Of a stretch of 64,000 nucleotides of DNA, positions 10,498-19,621 are shown piece by piece (the first letter of the stretch is position 1; every line of letters starts with the position of its first letter). The translations under genes and the position numbers were made by a program. Source of the stretch: an uncultured bacterium (lineage in GTDB: Bacteria > Zixibacteria > MSB-5A5 > GN15 > FEB-12); the NCBI GenBank assembly GCA_965372795.1, contig CBDVDR010000018.1:10735-74734 (forward strand), given 5' to 3'. The notes under the pieces are model-generated. The model worked only from the letters and a program-made list of their open reading frames with translations. It made no database searches and was not told where the DNA came from.

Positions 10498-10729
10498 AGA
10501 GCTATTATATGTCTATTGAGGCAAATTTGCTATTAGAAACCAGATTTTCATTTCAAAGATTTTGATTGATTTTTAAAAGCTCTAATGATGCAATTTTTGA
10601 TTCGGACTATTACAAAGTAAAGCAACCTTGGGTATATCAAACAGGACTGTCAAAGCGGCAAGTCATTAAAATTTCACCCACTCCCTTTAAATCGAAGGAG
10701 TTGTTCGTCATGAACGACTGCTTTTCTAT

Positions 10730-11554
10730 TTACCCAAGGGCAACATCAAGAATCATCATGACTGTAAAGCCAATAATTGTTCCCATCGTTGCTGAATCGG
10801 AATGACCGCCCTGTTGAGATTCCGGGATAAGTTCTTCCACTACGACAAAAATCATCGCCCCGGCAGCAAAAGCCAAAGCATAAGGAAGGATCGGTTCAGC
10901 GATTAAAACCAAAGCGGCTCCAAATACACCGGCAATCGGTTCAACAATGCCAGACATTTGGCCATACCAGAAAGATTTTCTTCTTGATAAACCTTCGCGC
11001 CTTAAAGGCATTGAGACAGCTAAACCTTCGGGGAAGTTTTGAATACCAATTCCTATTGCCAGAGCAATAGCGCCGGCAATTGTAGCCGCGGGCAGACCTG
11101 CTGCTACGGCACCAAAGGCTACGCCAACAGCGAGCCCTTCCGGAATGTTATGAAGAGTTATTGCTAAGACCAGAAGCACCGATCGGTGCCAGCTGGTTTT
11201 AACTCCTTCAACAGTATCGTCCTTTTTAGTAAGTCCGGGATGGATATGGGGAAGGACATAATCAAGACCTCTTAAAAATACTGCCCCAAGTAAAAATCCA
11301 ACGGCTGCCGGTACCCATGAAGGCAATGATTTACCTTCCGACATTTCAATCGCTGGAAACAGAAGTGACCAGAAACTTGCCGCGATCATAACTCCGGCAG
11401 CAAAACCGAGCATTATATCGAGAGTCTTTTTTTTTGGTTGTTTTGAAAGAAAAACACCGGCTGCCCCCAAAGCTGTTAAACCCCAGGTAAACAGAGTTGC
11501 CACAAGAGCTTGCATAATTGGATTAAGTTGCTCTAACCAGTCTATTATTGCCAT
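10730..11554 (-). CDS. ZIP-family divalent metal transporter (GufA/ZupT-like)
   Basis: [33 protein letters not shown]. Confidence 0.93.
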   Translation of the reverse strand: MAIIDWLEQLNPIMQALVATLFTWGLTALGAAGVFLSKQPKKKTLDIMLGFAAGVMIAASFWSLLFPAIEMSEGKSLPSWVPAAVGFLLGAVFLRGLDYVLPHIHPGLTKKDDTVEGVKTSWHRSVLLVLAITLHNIPEGLAVGVAFGAVAAGLPAATIAGAIALAIGIGIQNFPEGLAVSMPLRREGLSRRKSFWYGQMSGIVEPIAGVFGAALVLIAEPILPYALAFAAGAMIFVVVEELIPESQQGGHSDSATMGTIIGFTVMMILDVALG

Positions 11555-11641
11555 GTTGTAATCTCCGATAAAATATAATAATTAAGTCAAATCAAGGATT
11601 AAGTGAGTATACGGATAGAGTTTGATTAAAAGCAATTAGAA

Positions 11642-12898
11642 TTATAAATAGTAAATTGTGGATAGATTTTGTAGGAGATCAAGAGCACTGGAATACTTTT
11701 CCAACTTATTAGTTTTTAAAATAGCCTTGAATGTTTTAATCGTAGTTTTTATGGAGTTTTGATTACTGCGATATTTTTGGATAGTCTTAGAGATAGTAAG
11801 TTTTTCTTTTTCGGATAAATATTGTTTTATTTCTAACTTAAGATAGTTGAATACTTTTACTTGTTTAATTATGGCCTTTTGAAATCTGAAAATATTCATG
11901 AAATTATTTAAATAGTATTCCTTGGTCTTAGCTAAATTTTTAGATCTCATGGTTAACATTGCTTCAGAAAGTTCTATGGTGAGTTTATAATTGTGAGACA
12001 TCATAATAAGTAAATTAAGATTATGAAATTCTAATAATTGTTTAAATGTAATTTGTGAACTGAATAGATTATTAATTCGGGTATAGGCATAAGTTTGATT
12101 TATGAACTGCTCCCGGTGCTTCACATTATTTAACTGATCATTATTTATAATTGGAAGGTTGGAGTATTTGCGGGAGATTTCTTTAGTGAAAAGTCCCTGA
12201 CCTTTAACGATTTTAGCATTATTGTAAATTTTAACATCTTTTGTGCCGCATGATGGCGATCTGCTTTTCAAAACGTATCCGGAGATAAGGCTGACATCTT
12301 TCTTGTTCAGACGTTCTTTGCAATATCGGTTCATTAATTTGGTTAAATCTTTCCGGCTTTTAATTGAAATTACTGAGGGCTTATTAAAATTTCCTTCAAG
12401 TCGTATTGGAGGTCGGGGCGTGCCTAAGCCGGCTTCCACTTCGGGGCAAATAGAAATAAAGTCAAAATATTTATTTAATGATTTAGTGATTTTTTCATAT
12501 TTATTACTGCCATCGAAACGGACATTTTCACCCAGCAGACAGGAACTAATTCCGATTGTGATTTTTTCATTGAATATTATTTTTTTGATTTTGTTAATTT
12601 GTTGAAATTTATTCATATCAATAAGATCAAAACGATCAAAAATAATACCCTCATCTTCAAGCATCGCTTTTTGAAGTTCATAGCCCTGTCCACGGTTCAA
12701 GCTTATGCCACCGGATTTATTGACAACTCTGTGCCAGGGGAGTTTTTCTTTTTCAGAAAGGGTATGAAGAATTCGCACTACTTGTCGGGCAGCCCGGGGT
12801 GAACCTGCCATCGCGGCAATCTGGCCGTATGAGTTTACTTTTCCGAAAGGAATAGATTTTATTAATTTGATAACTTGTTCAGTAAATTCTGATGCCAT
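11642..12898 (-). CDS. Fusion of alkyltransferase-like (ATL/MGMT family), DUF523 (TudS-like thio-nucleobase desulfidase) and degenerate DUF1722 domains
   Basis: IPFGKVNSYGQIA...PWHRVVN (ATL); GISSCLLGENVRFDG, ICPEVEAGLGTPRP, LKSRSPSCG (DUF523); FH...MMSH remnant of DUF1722. Confidence 0.85.
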   Translation of the reverse strand: MASEFTEQVIKLIKSIPFGKVNSYGQIAAMAGSPRAARQVVRILHTLSEKEKLPWHRVVNKSGGISLNRGQGYELQKAMLEDEGIIFDRFDLIDMNKFQQINKIKKIIFNEKITIGISSCLLGENVRFDGSNKYEKITKSLNKYFDFISICPEVEAGLGTPRPPIRLEGNFNKPSVISIKSRKDLTKLMNRYCKERLNKKDVSLISGYVLKSRSPSCGTKDVKIYNNAKIVKGQGLFTKEISRKYSNLPIINNDQLNNVKHREQFINQTYAYTRINNLFSSQITFKQLLEFHNLNLLIMMSHNYKLTIELSEAMLTMRSKNLAKTKEYYLNNFMNIFRFQKAIIKQVKVFNYLKLEIKQYLSEKEKLTISKTIQKYRSNQNSIKTTIKTFKAILKTNKLEKYSSALDLLQNLSTIYYL

Positions 12899-13115
12899 AA
12901 TTGAATATTAAATTTTAAATTATCAAAATCAAGGCTAACCGTTAAGATATAAATGAAAATACGACAATAAATATCATGATGCTATTTGTGTAATATGTAG
13001 AAATTAAAAATAGATTTAAATATGACTTAACCGTATATAATACATAACCTGGCAAAAGGATTTGCCGATAACTGAATGGAACATTGTTAGGAACATAAAT
13101 TTGTAAAGGAAATTC

Positions 13116-14318
13116 ATGGCCAATATAAATAGAATCAAAGGTGTTATTGGAATTTTAACCGGCGGTGGTGATGTACCGGGTTTAAACCCTGCAATCAGGG
13201 CAGTAACTGTAAGGGCACTACGAGAGGGTTACCGTGTGATTGGCATCAATCGCGGCTGGTTGGGTTTAATGAGTATAATTCCTGATGAAAAGGTAGATAA
13301 CAGCAGGAATTTCCAGATGCTGTCAGAAGATATCGTTAATAAAGCTGCCCGTACCGGTGGCACATTTCTTCATAGTTCAAGAACTCATCCAGGAAAAGTA
13401 CCAAAAGTCAAAGTGCCGGATCATCTGCAGGATAAATACAAAGATGAATTGAATGACTTAACACCGGAAGTTTTGAAAAACCTTGAATTTCTTGGCATTG
13501 ACCACCTGATTCCTATTGGTGGAGATGACACCCTTAGTTATGCTGTGCATTTATATAAGCAGGGAGTTAAAGTTGTTGCTATTCCAAAGACAATGGATAA
13601 TGATGTCCCCGGAACTGATTACTGTATCGGGTTCAGTACCTGCGTGACCAGGACGATTCAGATGACTAACAGCCTTAGAACTTCCGCCGGTTCTCATGAA
13701 CGGTTTTTGATTGTGGAAGTATTCGGACGATATGCCGGATTTACAGCAATGCTCCCAACAATGGCAGGAGCCGCCCATCGTTGTGTAATCCCGGAATATA
13801 AATTTGATGTCGAGCAGTTAACCGAATTGCTGACCTACGACCGAAATCATAATCCAAGCAACTATTCGGTGGTGTTGGTTTCTGAGGGAGCCATGTTTGA
13901 AGGCGGTGATATGGTTTTTAAGGATCACGAGCGGGATGATTACGGTCATGCGAAACTTGGAGGGGTCGGCGATCTTGTAGCAGCGAAACTTAAAGAAATT
14001 TCTCCCAAATATAATAACGGCCAACCGACCAATGTAATTATGCAAAAGCTTGGGTATCTGGTCCGAGGCGGCGATCCGGATGCGATTGATTCAATAGTTC
14101 CTATGGCTTTTGGAAATCTTGCCTTTGATCTGGTATTAAAGGGGATTCATGGTCGATTAGTGGTTCTTCAAAATGGACGATATGATAATGTTCCGATTGA
14201 TGTGGTGACAAGTAAAAAGAAACTTGTTAGTGTTGAGAAACATTATTTGACAGAACGGTTACGTCCAAATTACAGCTCATTTGAAATGAAACCATTATTT
14301 ATAATGACCAGCGACTAA
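13116..14318 (+). CDS. pfkA: 6-phosphofructokinase (PfkA family, PPi-type signature)
   Basis: ILTGGGDVPGLN, GGTFLHSSR, IGGDDT, PKTMDND, EVFGRYAG, LGYLVRGG. Confidence 0.92.
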   Translation: MANINRIKGVIGILTGGGDVPGLNPAIRAVTVRALREGYRVIGINRGWLGLMSIIPDEKVDNSRNFQMLSEDIVNKAARTGGTFLHSSRTHPGKVPKVKVPDHLQDKYKDELNDLTPEVLKNLEFLGIDHLIPIGGDDTLSYAVHLYKQGVKVVAIPKTMDNDVPGTDYCIGFSTCVTRTIQMTNSLRTSAGSHERFLIVEVFGRYAGFTAMLPTMAGAAHRCVIPEYKFDVEQLTELLTYDRNHNPSNYSVVLVSEGAMFEGGDMVFKDHERDDYGHAKLGGVGDLVAAKLKEISPKYNNGQPTNVIMQKLGYLVRGGDPDAIDSIVPMAFGNLAFDLVLKGIHGRLVVLQNGRYDNVPIDVVTSKKKLVSVEKHYLTERLRPNYSSFEMKPLFIMTSD

Positions 14319-14347
14319 CTTCGTTAAGATAATTCTAATTAATTAAA

Positions 14348-17089
14348 TTAGAAGCATACAGGTATTGGTCCGCCTCCAAATAGATAATCAACAAAGTAAG
14401 TGAGGTCGCTGACTGAATGTTCGCCATCGCCGTTGACATCAGCAGCTTTAAAGACGGGTGGGTGGTTCCCTCCGGCAAACATATAATCCACAAAGAAAGT
14501 TAAATCGGAGATGTTTGGATCGGAGCCGTCATTGTTAATATCGCCGCATCGAATCAATTCACCGATATAAATATTATCAACATACCAATCATCAAAGGTT
14601 CCGATTGTTCCGACTGTGCCAATATTTCTTATCAATAATTGGAACGTAGAATGGTGAGCTTCCGGTGGCAGAGGAACTTTAACATAATCAAAATTTGTCA
14701 TTGCGGCACCATCACCGAGCTGTTGTGAGATTATATGCCACTGATTGCTGGCATCTTTGTACTCAAAGAAAAGGTCATCGTCTACTTCCGGGGCGTTACC
14801 AGGCCCTTTGCGCTGATAATAATATGTTAGATAAATGTTTGATGCATCATCCAAATCAATAATTTTAGAAATCAAGCTGTCGGTACCGTTCGGAATTCCG
14901 TCAAAATTCAAACTGAAAGGTTCAGAGGGAGGATTCATGCTTGCCATGATTTCAGCGGTTGTATTTGTAATCCAGTAAGTATTGCTCAAAATAGCGTATT
15001 GGAATTTTTCTACTAATGGCAATGAAATTGGGTTGCCCAATGAGATTGTCTTAACAGAAACTTGAGACAGAATATTTACATCGCCGTTTGAAACTACGGT
15101 AATTATAGAAGAATCTGAATCCAGATAGTTACTAAATGGGGTTTCGACCGCAACATAGAAAATATAAGTATTTTCCGGCTCGATTGTTGGAGTCTCAGTG
15201 ATTTCGAAAGTTTTGTTACTGTCCCAAAAACTGTTGTTCCAGGCATTGTCGTCAACATACAATTGATAATAATCGTCATAAACACCAATGTTTGTAATTT
15301 CGATAGCATACCATTCGGTGTCATCAATGGCAGCAAATCCCTGCTGAGAATCAGGATTTAAGAGCAGGTCATAATCAATGATCTTAAAACTATAATTTCT
15401 GGTTGAAAAAGAATTGCCATCGATATTGTTTGCAAAAAGATAGTACTCGATAACAGTACCGGGTGATTGTGCGGGAATATAGCTGATGTATTCGTTTGGA
15501 TTAAGCCCCGGAGAAAGATTTAAAACATTCCAGTTAACATCTGTTCGGTAATATAGTAATAATGAATCAGTTACCAGAGCGGATTCGGAAGTGATAATTG
15601 AAGATATAAAATAGTCATTTTCAAAATCACGGGTATCTTCCAATGCAATATGAGAAATACCTACGCCACAAATATAATCAGCTAAGAGCATCATGCTGTT
15701 ATAAACATTAAGTCGACCACCGCTTAAAGTATTGCTTGAGAGGTCAGGGATAACATCAACGCCATCCAATAGATACTGTTTCATTGTAAGGGCGGTGATA
15801 GCCGGGTCGTTAAAAAGATCAAATATCATAGTCGGGCAGGCGGCACTCCAAAGCAGGGCAACTGAGCCGCATACATGAGGGGTTGCCATTGAAGTTCCGG
15901 TTTTATTGCCATAACTGCTTCCGGGAAGAGTAGAATAAATAGATGAACCGGGGGCGCCAAGATCAATTGTTGTGGCACCGTATCCGGCTCCGGTCGCTTT
16001 TGAATCATAGCGGGTAGTATTTGTAACCGATATCATAAAATCACTCCCACAGGCAGTCGGAACATCACCGCTGACATCAATATTAAGATTTATATTGGCG
16101 GTTGCCGTTGCACTTAGAATTCCGACAGCACCCAGAGAATCATAAAAGGCACACCAGAGCGGGTAATCAGCCGGGTCACCGTAATCGACTCCAAATGAGG
16201 CGTTGGTTGCTACTACAAAAGCACCTTCGGCTCCATCGGTTTCATTGTACAAAGCGCGCATTTCAAGTGCATATCCATAGGCTTCTAAAACCGTAGCTTC
16301 TTGAGTCGATGAGCCGGCGATAGGCATGATTTTTACTCCCCAGTTAACTCCGGCAATTCCGGTGGAATTATTTCCAATAGCTCCGGCTATTCCGGCAACA
16401 TGGGTACCGTGATCATCAGAGGGAATAGAGCCGCTATGATTGTAGGCATTCCAGCCGTCATAATCATCAACATAACCATTGCCGTCATCATCGAGACCGT
16501 TATTAGGGATTTCATTTTCATTTTTGAAATAAGAAATATCCGGATGGGTTAACTGAAATCCGCCGTCAACAATTGCGACAACAATTTGATCGCCAAAGGC
16601 AGTAGTGTCACCAGTGGCAATATCCCAGGCTTCGGGGGCATCGATATCAGCATCGACAGTACCGCCTGATTGACCGACATTGTGAAGTCCCCATTGAGAA
16701 TTGAAATAGGTGTCATCGGGTGTGGTTGATCTTTGAGTAATATTGTGGTTGAGCTGGGCGATGGCAACTTCGTTTCGGGCACTGATTGCTTCTAAAAAAT
16801 TTATTTTTTGAAGCGATTTTAACCCTGATGAATTGTACTCAAAAAGCCAGATATTCATCCGCTTTGATAAACATCTGATAGGTTTGAGGGATTGGCTTTT
16901 AAACTGCTCGGTTAGAATATCTATATCAGATTGTTCAAAGAGCTGGATGATAATTTCGCCATCTTTGGAATTGGCGGCCGACTGTTCACTTTCGGCAATT
17001 ACTGCTGAAAAAGGGAATATTAATAAGGATAAAATAATTAAAAAAGAAGTCGGGATTTTAAAAGTTGCTGACCATTGAGAGAATTTCAT
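14348..17089 (-). CDS. Secreted subtilisin-family (S8) serine protease with C-terminal dockerin-like module
   Basis: Catalytic motifs AIVDGG, HGTHVAG, GTSMATP; NGLDDDGNGYVDD; C-terminal CGDINNDG...ADVNGDG...SDLTYFVDYLF. Confidence 0.92.
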   Translation of the reverse strand: MKFSQWSATFKIPTSFLIILSLLIFPFSAVIAESEQSAANSKDGEIIIQLFEQSDIDILTEQFKSQSLKPIRCLSKRMNIWLFEYNSSGLKSLQKINFLEAISARNEVAIAQLNHNITQRSTTPDDTYFNSQWGLHNVGQSGGTVDADIDAPEAWDIATGDTTAFGDQIVVAIVDGGFQLTHPDISYFKNENEIPNNGLDDDGNGYVDDYDGWNAYNHSGSIPSDDHGTHVAGIAGAIGNNSTGIAGVNWGVKIMPIAGSSTQEATVLEAYGYALEMRALYNETDGAEGAFVVATNASFGVDYGDPADYPLWCAFYDSLGAVGILSATATANINLNIDVSGDVPTACGSDFMISVTNTTRYDSKATGAGYGATTIDLGAPGSSIYSTLPGSSYGNKTGTSMATPHVCGSVALLWSAACPTMIFDLFNDPAITALTMKQYLLDGVDVIPDLSSNTLSGGRLNVYNSMMLLADYICGVGISHIALEDTRDFENDYFISSIITSESALVTDSLLLYYRTDVNWNVLNLSPGLNPNEYISYIPAQSPGTVIEYYLFANNIDGNSFSTRNYSFKIIDYDLLLNPDSQQGFAAIDDTEWYAIEITNIGVYDDYYQLYVDDNAWNNSFWDSNKTFEITETPTIEPENTYIFYVAVETPFSNYLDSDSSIITVVSNGDVNILSQVSVKTISLGNPISLPLVEKFQYAILSNTYWITNTTAEIMASMNPPSEPFSLNFDGIPNGTDSLISKIIDLDDASNIYLTYYYQRKGPGNAPEVDDDLFFEYKDASNQWHIISQQLGDGAAMTNFDYVKVPLPPEAHHSTFQLLIRNIGTVGTIGTFDDWYVDNIYIGELIRCGDINNDGSDPNISDLTFFVDYMFAGGNHPPVFKAADVNGDGEHSVSDLTYFVDYLFGGGPIPVCF

Positions 17090-17263
17090 AGATATTCTTA
17101 ATTACTCCATCGAAAAGCGCTTTGTAAGTATTACCATATAATACAAAATTATCTGAATTTTCAAATGAATTTCTTAAATCCGTTTTTGAGTATTTAAGTT
17201 GCCCGAACAGTAACTGTTTGTTATCCTTTTGATTCAAGCTGTAATATAAAAGGAGTTATTTAG

Positions 17264-18943
17264 ATGGCTGAGAAATATATATTCAATATGTACGGGGTTA
17301 ATAAATTTTACGGACAGAAACAGATTTTAAAAGATATAAATCTAAGTTTTTTCCCGGGTGCAAAAATAGGAATTGTAGGAGAAAACGGATCCGGTAAAAC
17401 TACGGTACTTCGGATAATGGCAGGGATCGATAAAGAATTTCAGGGTACAGCCGAGCTGACTACCGGATTCAGAGTCGGACTGGTCGAACAGGAACCGAAA
17501 CTTGACTCTGATTTAAATGTTAGACAAACTATCGAATTAGCCTTTTCCGAAACTAAAGCCCTTTTGGATGAATACAACAGTCTCGCCGATAGTTTAGCCC
17601 AGCCGATGGATGATGATAAGATGCAGAAGGCGATGGATCGAATGGGAGTGTTGCAGGATCAGATTGACACCCTTGACGCTTGGAATCTCGACAAACAAAT
17701 TAATATCGCCAGTGATGCATTATGTTTACCGGAGGATGACAGGATTGTGGGAACCTTGTCCGGCGGTGAACGAAGACGGGTGGCGCTTTGTAAAATTTTA
17801 CTCGAGCAACCAGATTTGTTGTTACTTGATGAACCGACCAACCATCTTGATGCTGAAACTGTCAGCTGGCTTGAAGAGCAACTACGGGTATATCCCGGAA
17901 CGGTAATTGTGGTGACCCATGATCGGTATTTCCTTGATAATATTACCAAGTGGATCCTTGAGCTTGATGGCGGACAGGGGATACCGTGGGAAGGTAATTA
18001 TACCTCGTGGCTCGAGCAGAGACTTAAAGCTTTTGTAGACGCGGCGAAAAAGGATTCTCCCCGCTCGCAGGCTTTGCAACGGGAATTAAACTGGATCAAA
18101 ATGAGTCGGGGTGACCGCAGCGAAATGGCACGGGAGCGAATCAGAGAATATGAACAGTTGGTTGCCCGAGAATCGGCGGCAGCCAAAGCGGACAGTTCGG
18201 TGATTCAAATTGCCCCCGGTCCGGATCTTGGTAGACAGGTAGTTGAGTTTAAAGATGTGTCAATGGGGTTTGATGGCAGCAATCTGTTTGAAAATCTTTC
18301 TTTTAACATCCCTCGTTCAGGAGTGGTCGGGTTGGTGGGACCTAATGGCACCGGCAAAACAACGATTTTCAATTTGATAAATAAAAGTCTCAATCCGGTT
18401 GCTGGTGAAACGATTACCGGAAGTTCGATTAAGCTTGCCTTTGTCGATCAGGAGCGGGGAACCTTGGATGATGAACTTTCGCTGATTGAAGAAGTTGGCG
18501 AGGGGTTGAGCGATGTGATGCTTGGTAACCGAAAAATTCCGATCAGGCAGTATTTATCTCAATTTGGATTTAAAGGTGCTTCACAACAGAAAAAAGCGAA
18601 TCAACTTTCCGGTGGAGAGCGTAATCGTTGTCATCTGGCAAAAGTTTTAAAAGTTGGCGGCAATGTTTTGCTTCTTGATGAACCGACTAATGATCTTGAT
18701 GTGAATACCTTGCGGATGCTTGAGGAAGCGATTTTGGATTTCTCCGGTTCGGTAATGGTTATCAGTCATGATCGATTTTTCCTTGATCGGGTATGTACGA
18801 ATCTTCTGGTTTTTGAAGGTGAGGGAAAAGTTCGCTGGTTCGAGGGTAATTTCTCAGATTATCAGGAATGGCGCAAAAAAGAGATGGGCGACCACATGTT
18901 TGAAAACCGCCGGAACCGTTATCGAACAATCGCCAAAGCCTGA
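17264..18943 (+). CDS. ettA: Energy-dependent translational throttle protein EttA (ABC-F)
   Basis: LSFFPGAKIG, two ABC cassettes with LLLDEPTN, WEGNYTSWL, WFEGNFSDY; no TM segments. Confidence 0.9.
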   Translation: MAEKYIFNMYGVNKFYGQKQILKDINLSFFPGAKIGIVGENGSGKTTVLRIMAGIDKEFQGTAELTTGFRVGLVEQEPKLDSDLNVRQTIELAFSETKALLDEYNSLADSLAQPMDDDKMQKAMDRMGVLQDQIDTLDAWNLDKQINIASDALCLPEDDRIVGTLSGGERRRVALCKILLEQPDLLLLDEPTNHLDAETVSWLEEQLRVYPGTVIVVTHDRYFLDNITKWILELDGGQGIPWEGNYTSWLEQRLKAFVDAAKKDSPRSQALQRELNWIKMSRGDRSEMARERIREYEQLVARESAAAKADSSVIQIAPGPDLGRQVVEFKDVSMGFDGSNLFENLSFNIPRSGVVGLVGPNGTGKTTIFNLINKSLNPVAGETITGSSIKLAFVDQERGTLDDELSLIEEVGEGLSDVMLGNRKIPIRQYLSQFGFKGASQQKKANQLSGGERNRCHLAKVLKVGGNVLLLDEPTNDLDVNTLRMLEEAILDFSGSVMVISHDRFFLDRVCTNLLVFEGEGKVRWFEGNFSDYQEWRKKEMGDHMFENRRNRYRTIAKA

Positions 18944-19153
18944 ACTTTATAAATTTTATTTGTTAATCGTGGGCGGTAGATGCCAACCACACCTCGTGTG
19001 CTCGTCTGCCCCTCAGGATGTATATGAATTTCATTTATTAATCAAACACACCTCGTGTGCAAAATCCCCACCTAATCAATGATGAATACGATTTCGCACC
19101 CCTCTATGAAAGGGGAACGACAATTTATGTCCAAAATTACCATCCAATTACAA

Positions 19154-19221
19154 GTAGGGCAGCATCCCTGTGATGCTGCCAATAATGTCAGGAGCACATC
19201 CGCCTTGGCGGACTGACCTAC
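19154..19221. repeat. REP-like inverted doublet (GTAG class)
   Basis: GTAG-GGCAGCATC-cctgt-GATGCTGCC followed by inverted GTCAGG...CTGAC-CTAC containing TCCGCCTTGGCGGA. Confidence 0.6.
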
Positions 19222-19255
19222 TCGGGAAAAACTTCACCAGAGTAAACCACACGAT

Positions 19256-19550
19256 GTGTGTAAAAGATATCACTATGTCAAAAGTGAGCAAACGAACCCA
19301 AATCGCTGTAATGTCAAATTACAGTATGTGTTACAAGGAAAAACAAGGCTTAATTGATTTGAACCACACAAAGCGTGTCAGAATTAATCACACTAAGTAT
19401 GCGTCAGGAAAAAACACTCGAAGTGTGTAAAAGATATCACTATGTCAAAAGTGTGCAAACGAACCCAATTCGCCGTAATGCTAAATTACAGTATAACTTA
19501 CAGCGAAAAACGAGGCATATTTGATAAACACACTCGAAGTGTATCAGGAT
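19256..19550. repeat. Imperfect direct repeat, two copies, period 167 bp
   Basis: GTGTGTAAAAGATATCACTATGTCAAAAGTG(A/T)GCAAACGAACCCAA at 19256 and 19423; similarity continues for ~125 bp. Confidence 0.9.
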
Positions 19551-19621
19551 CGCAGGCAACCGAGGGTTGGTAGCCCTGACACATCTCATATTTACATTAG
19601 AAAACCATTGACAGTCAATTA

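Larger units (their letters stand above)
18969..19580. repeat. Intergenic cluster of palindromes and repeats
   Basis: Seven CACAC-N3-5-GTGTG-type hairpins, a GTAG...CTAC REP-like doublet, a CCCCT-ctatgaa-AGGGG hairpin and a tandem repeat. Confidence 0.8.

Noticed and set aside
10498..10729. ORF 10566-10805 or a structured RNA between the ZIP and dehydrogenase genes
   Set aside because: The ORF overlaps ZIP antisense with no motifs; the two weak hairpins match no family I recognise
13051..13110. Riboswitch upstream of pfkA (GGCAAA-agga-TTTGCC hairpin)
   Set aside because: Only a single short hairpin; lacks the remaining fluoride or c-di-GMP consensus elements
18969..19580. CRISPR array
   Set aside because: Repeats are irregularly spaced and variable, there are no uniform spacers and there are no cas genes
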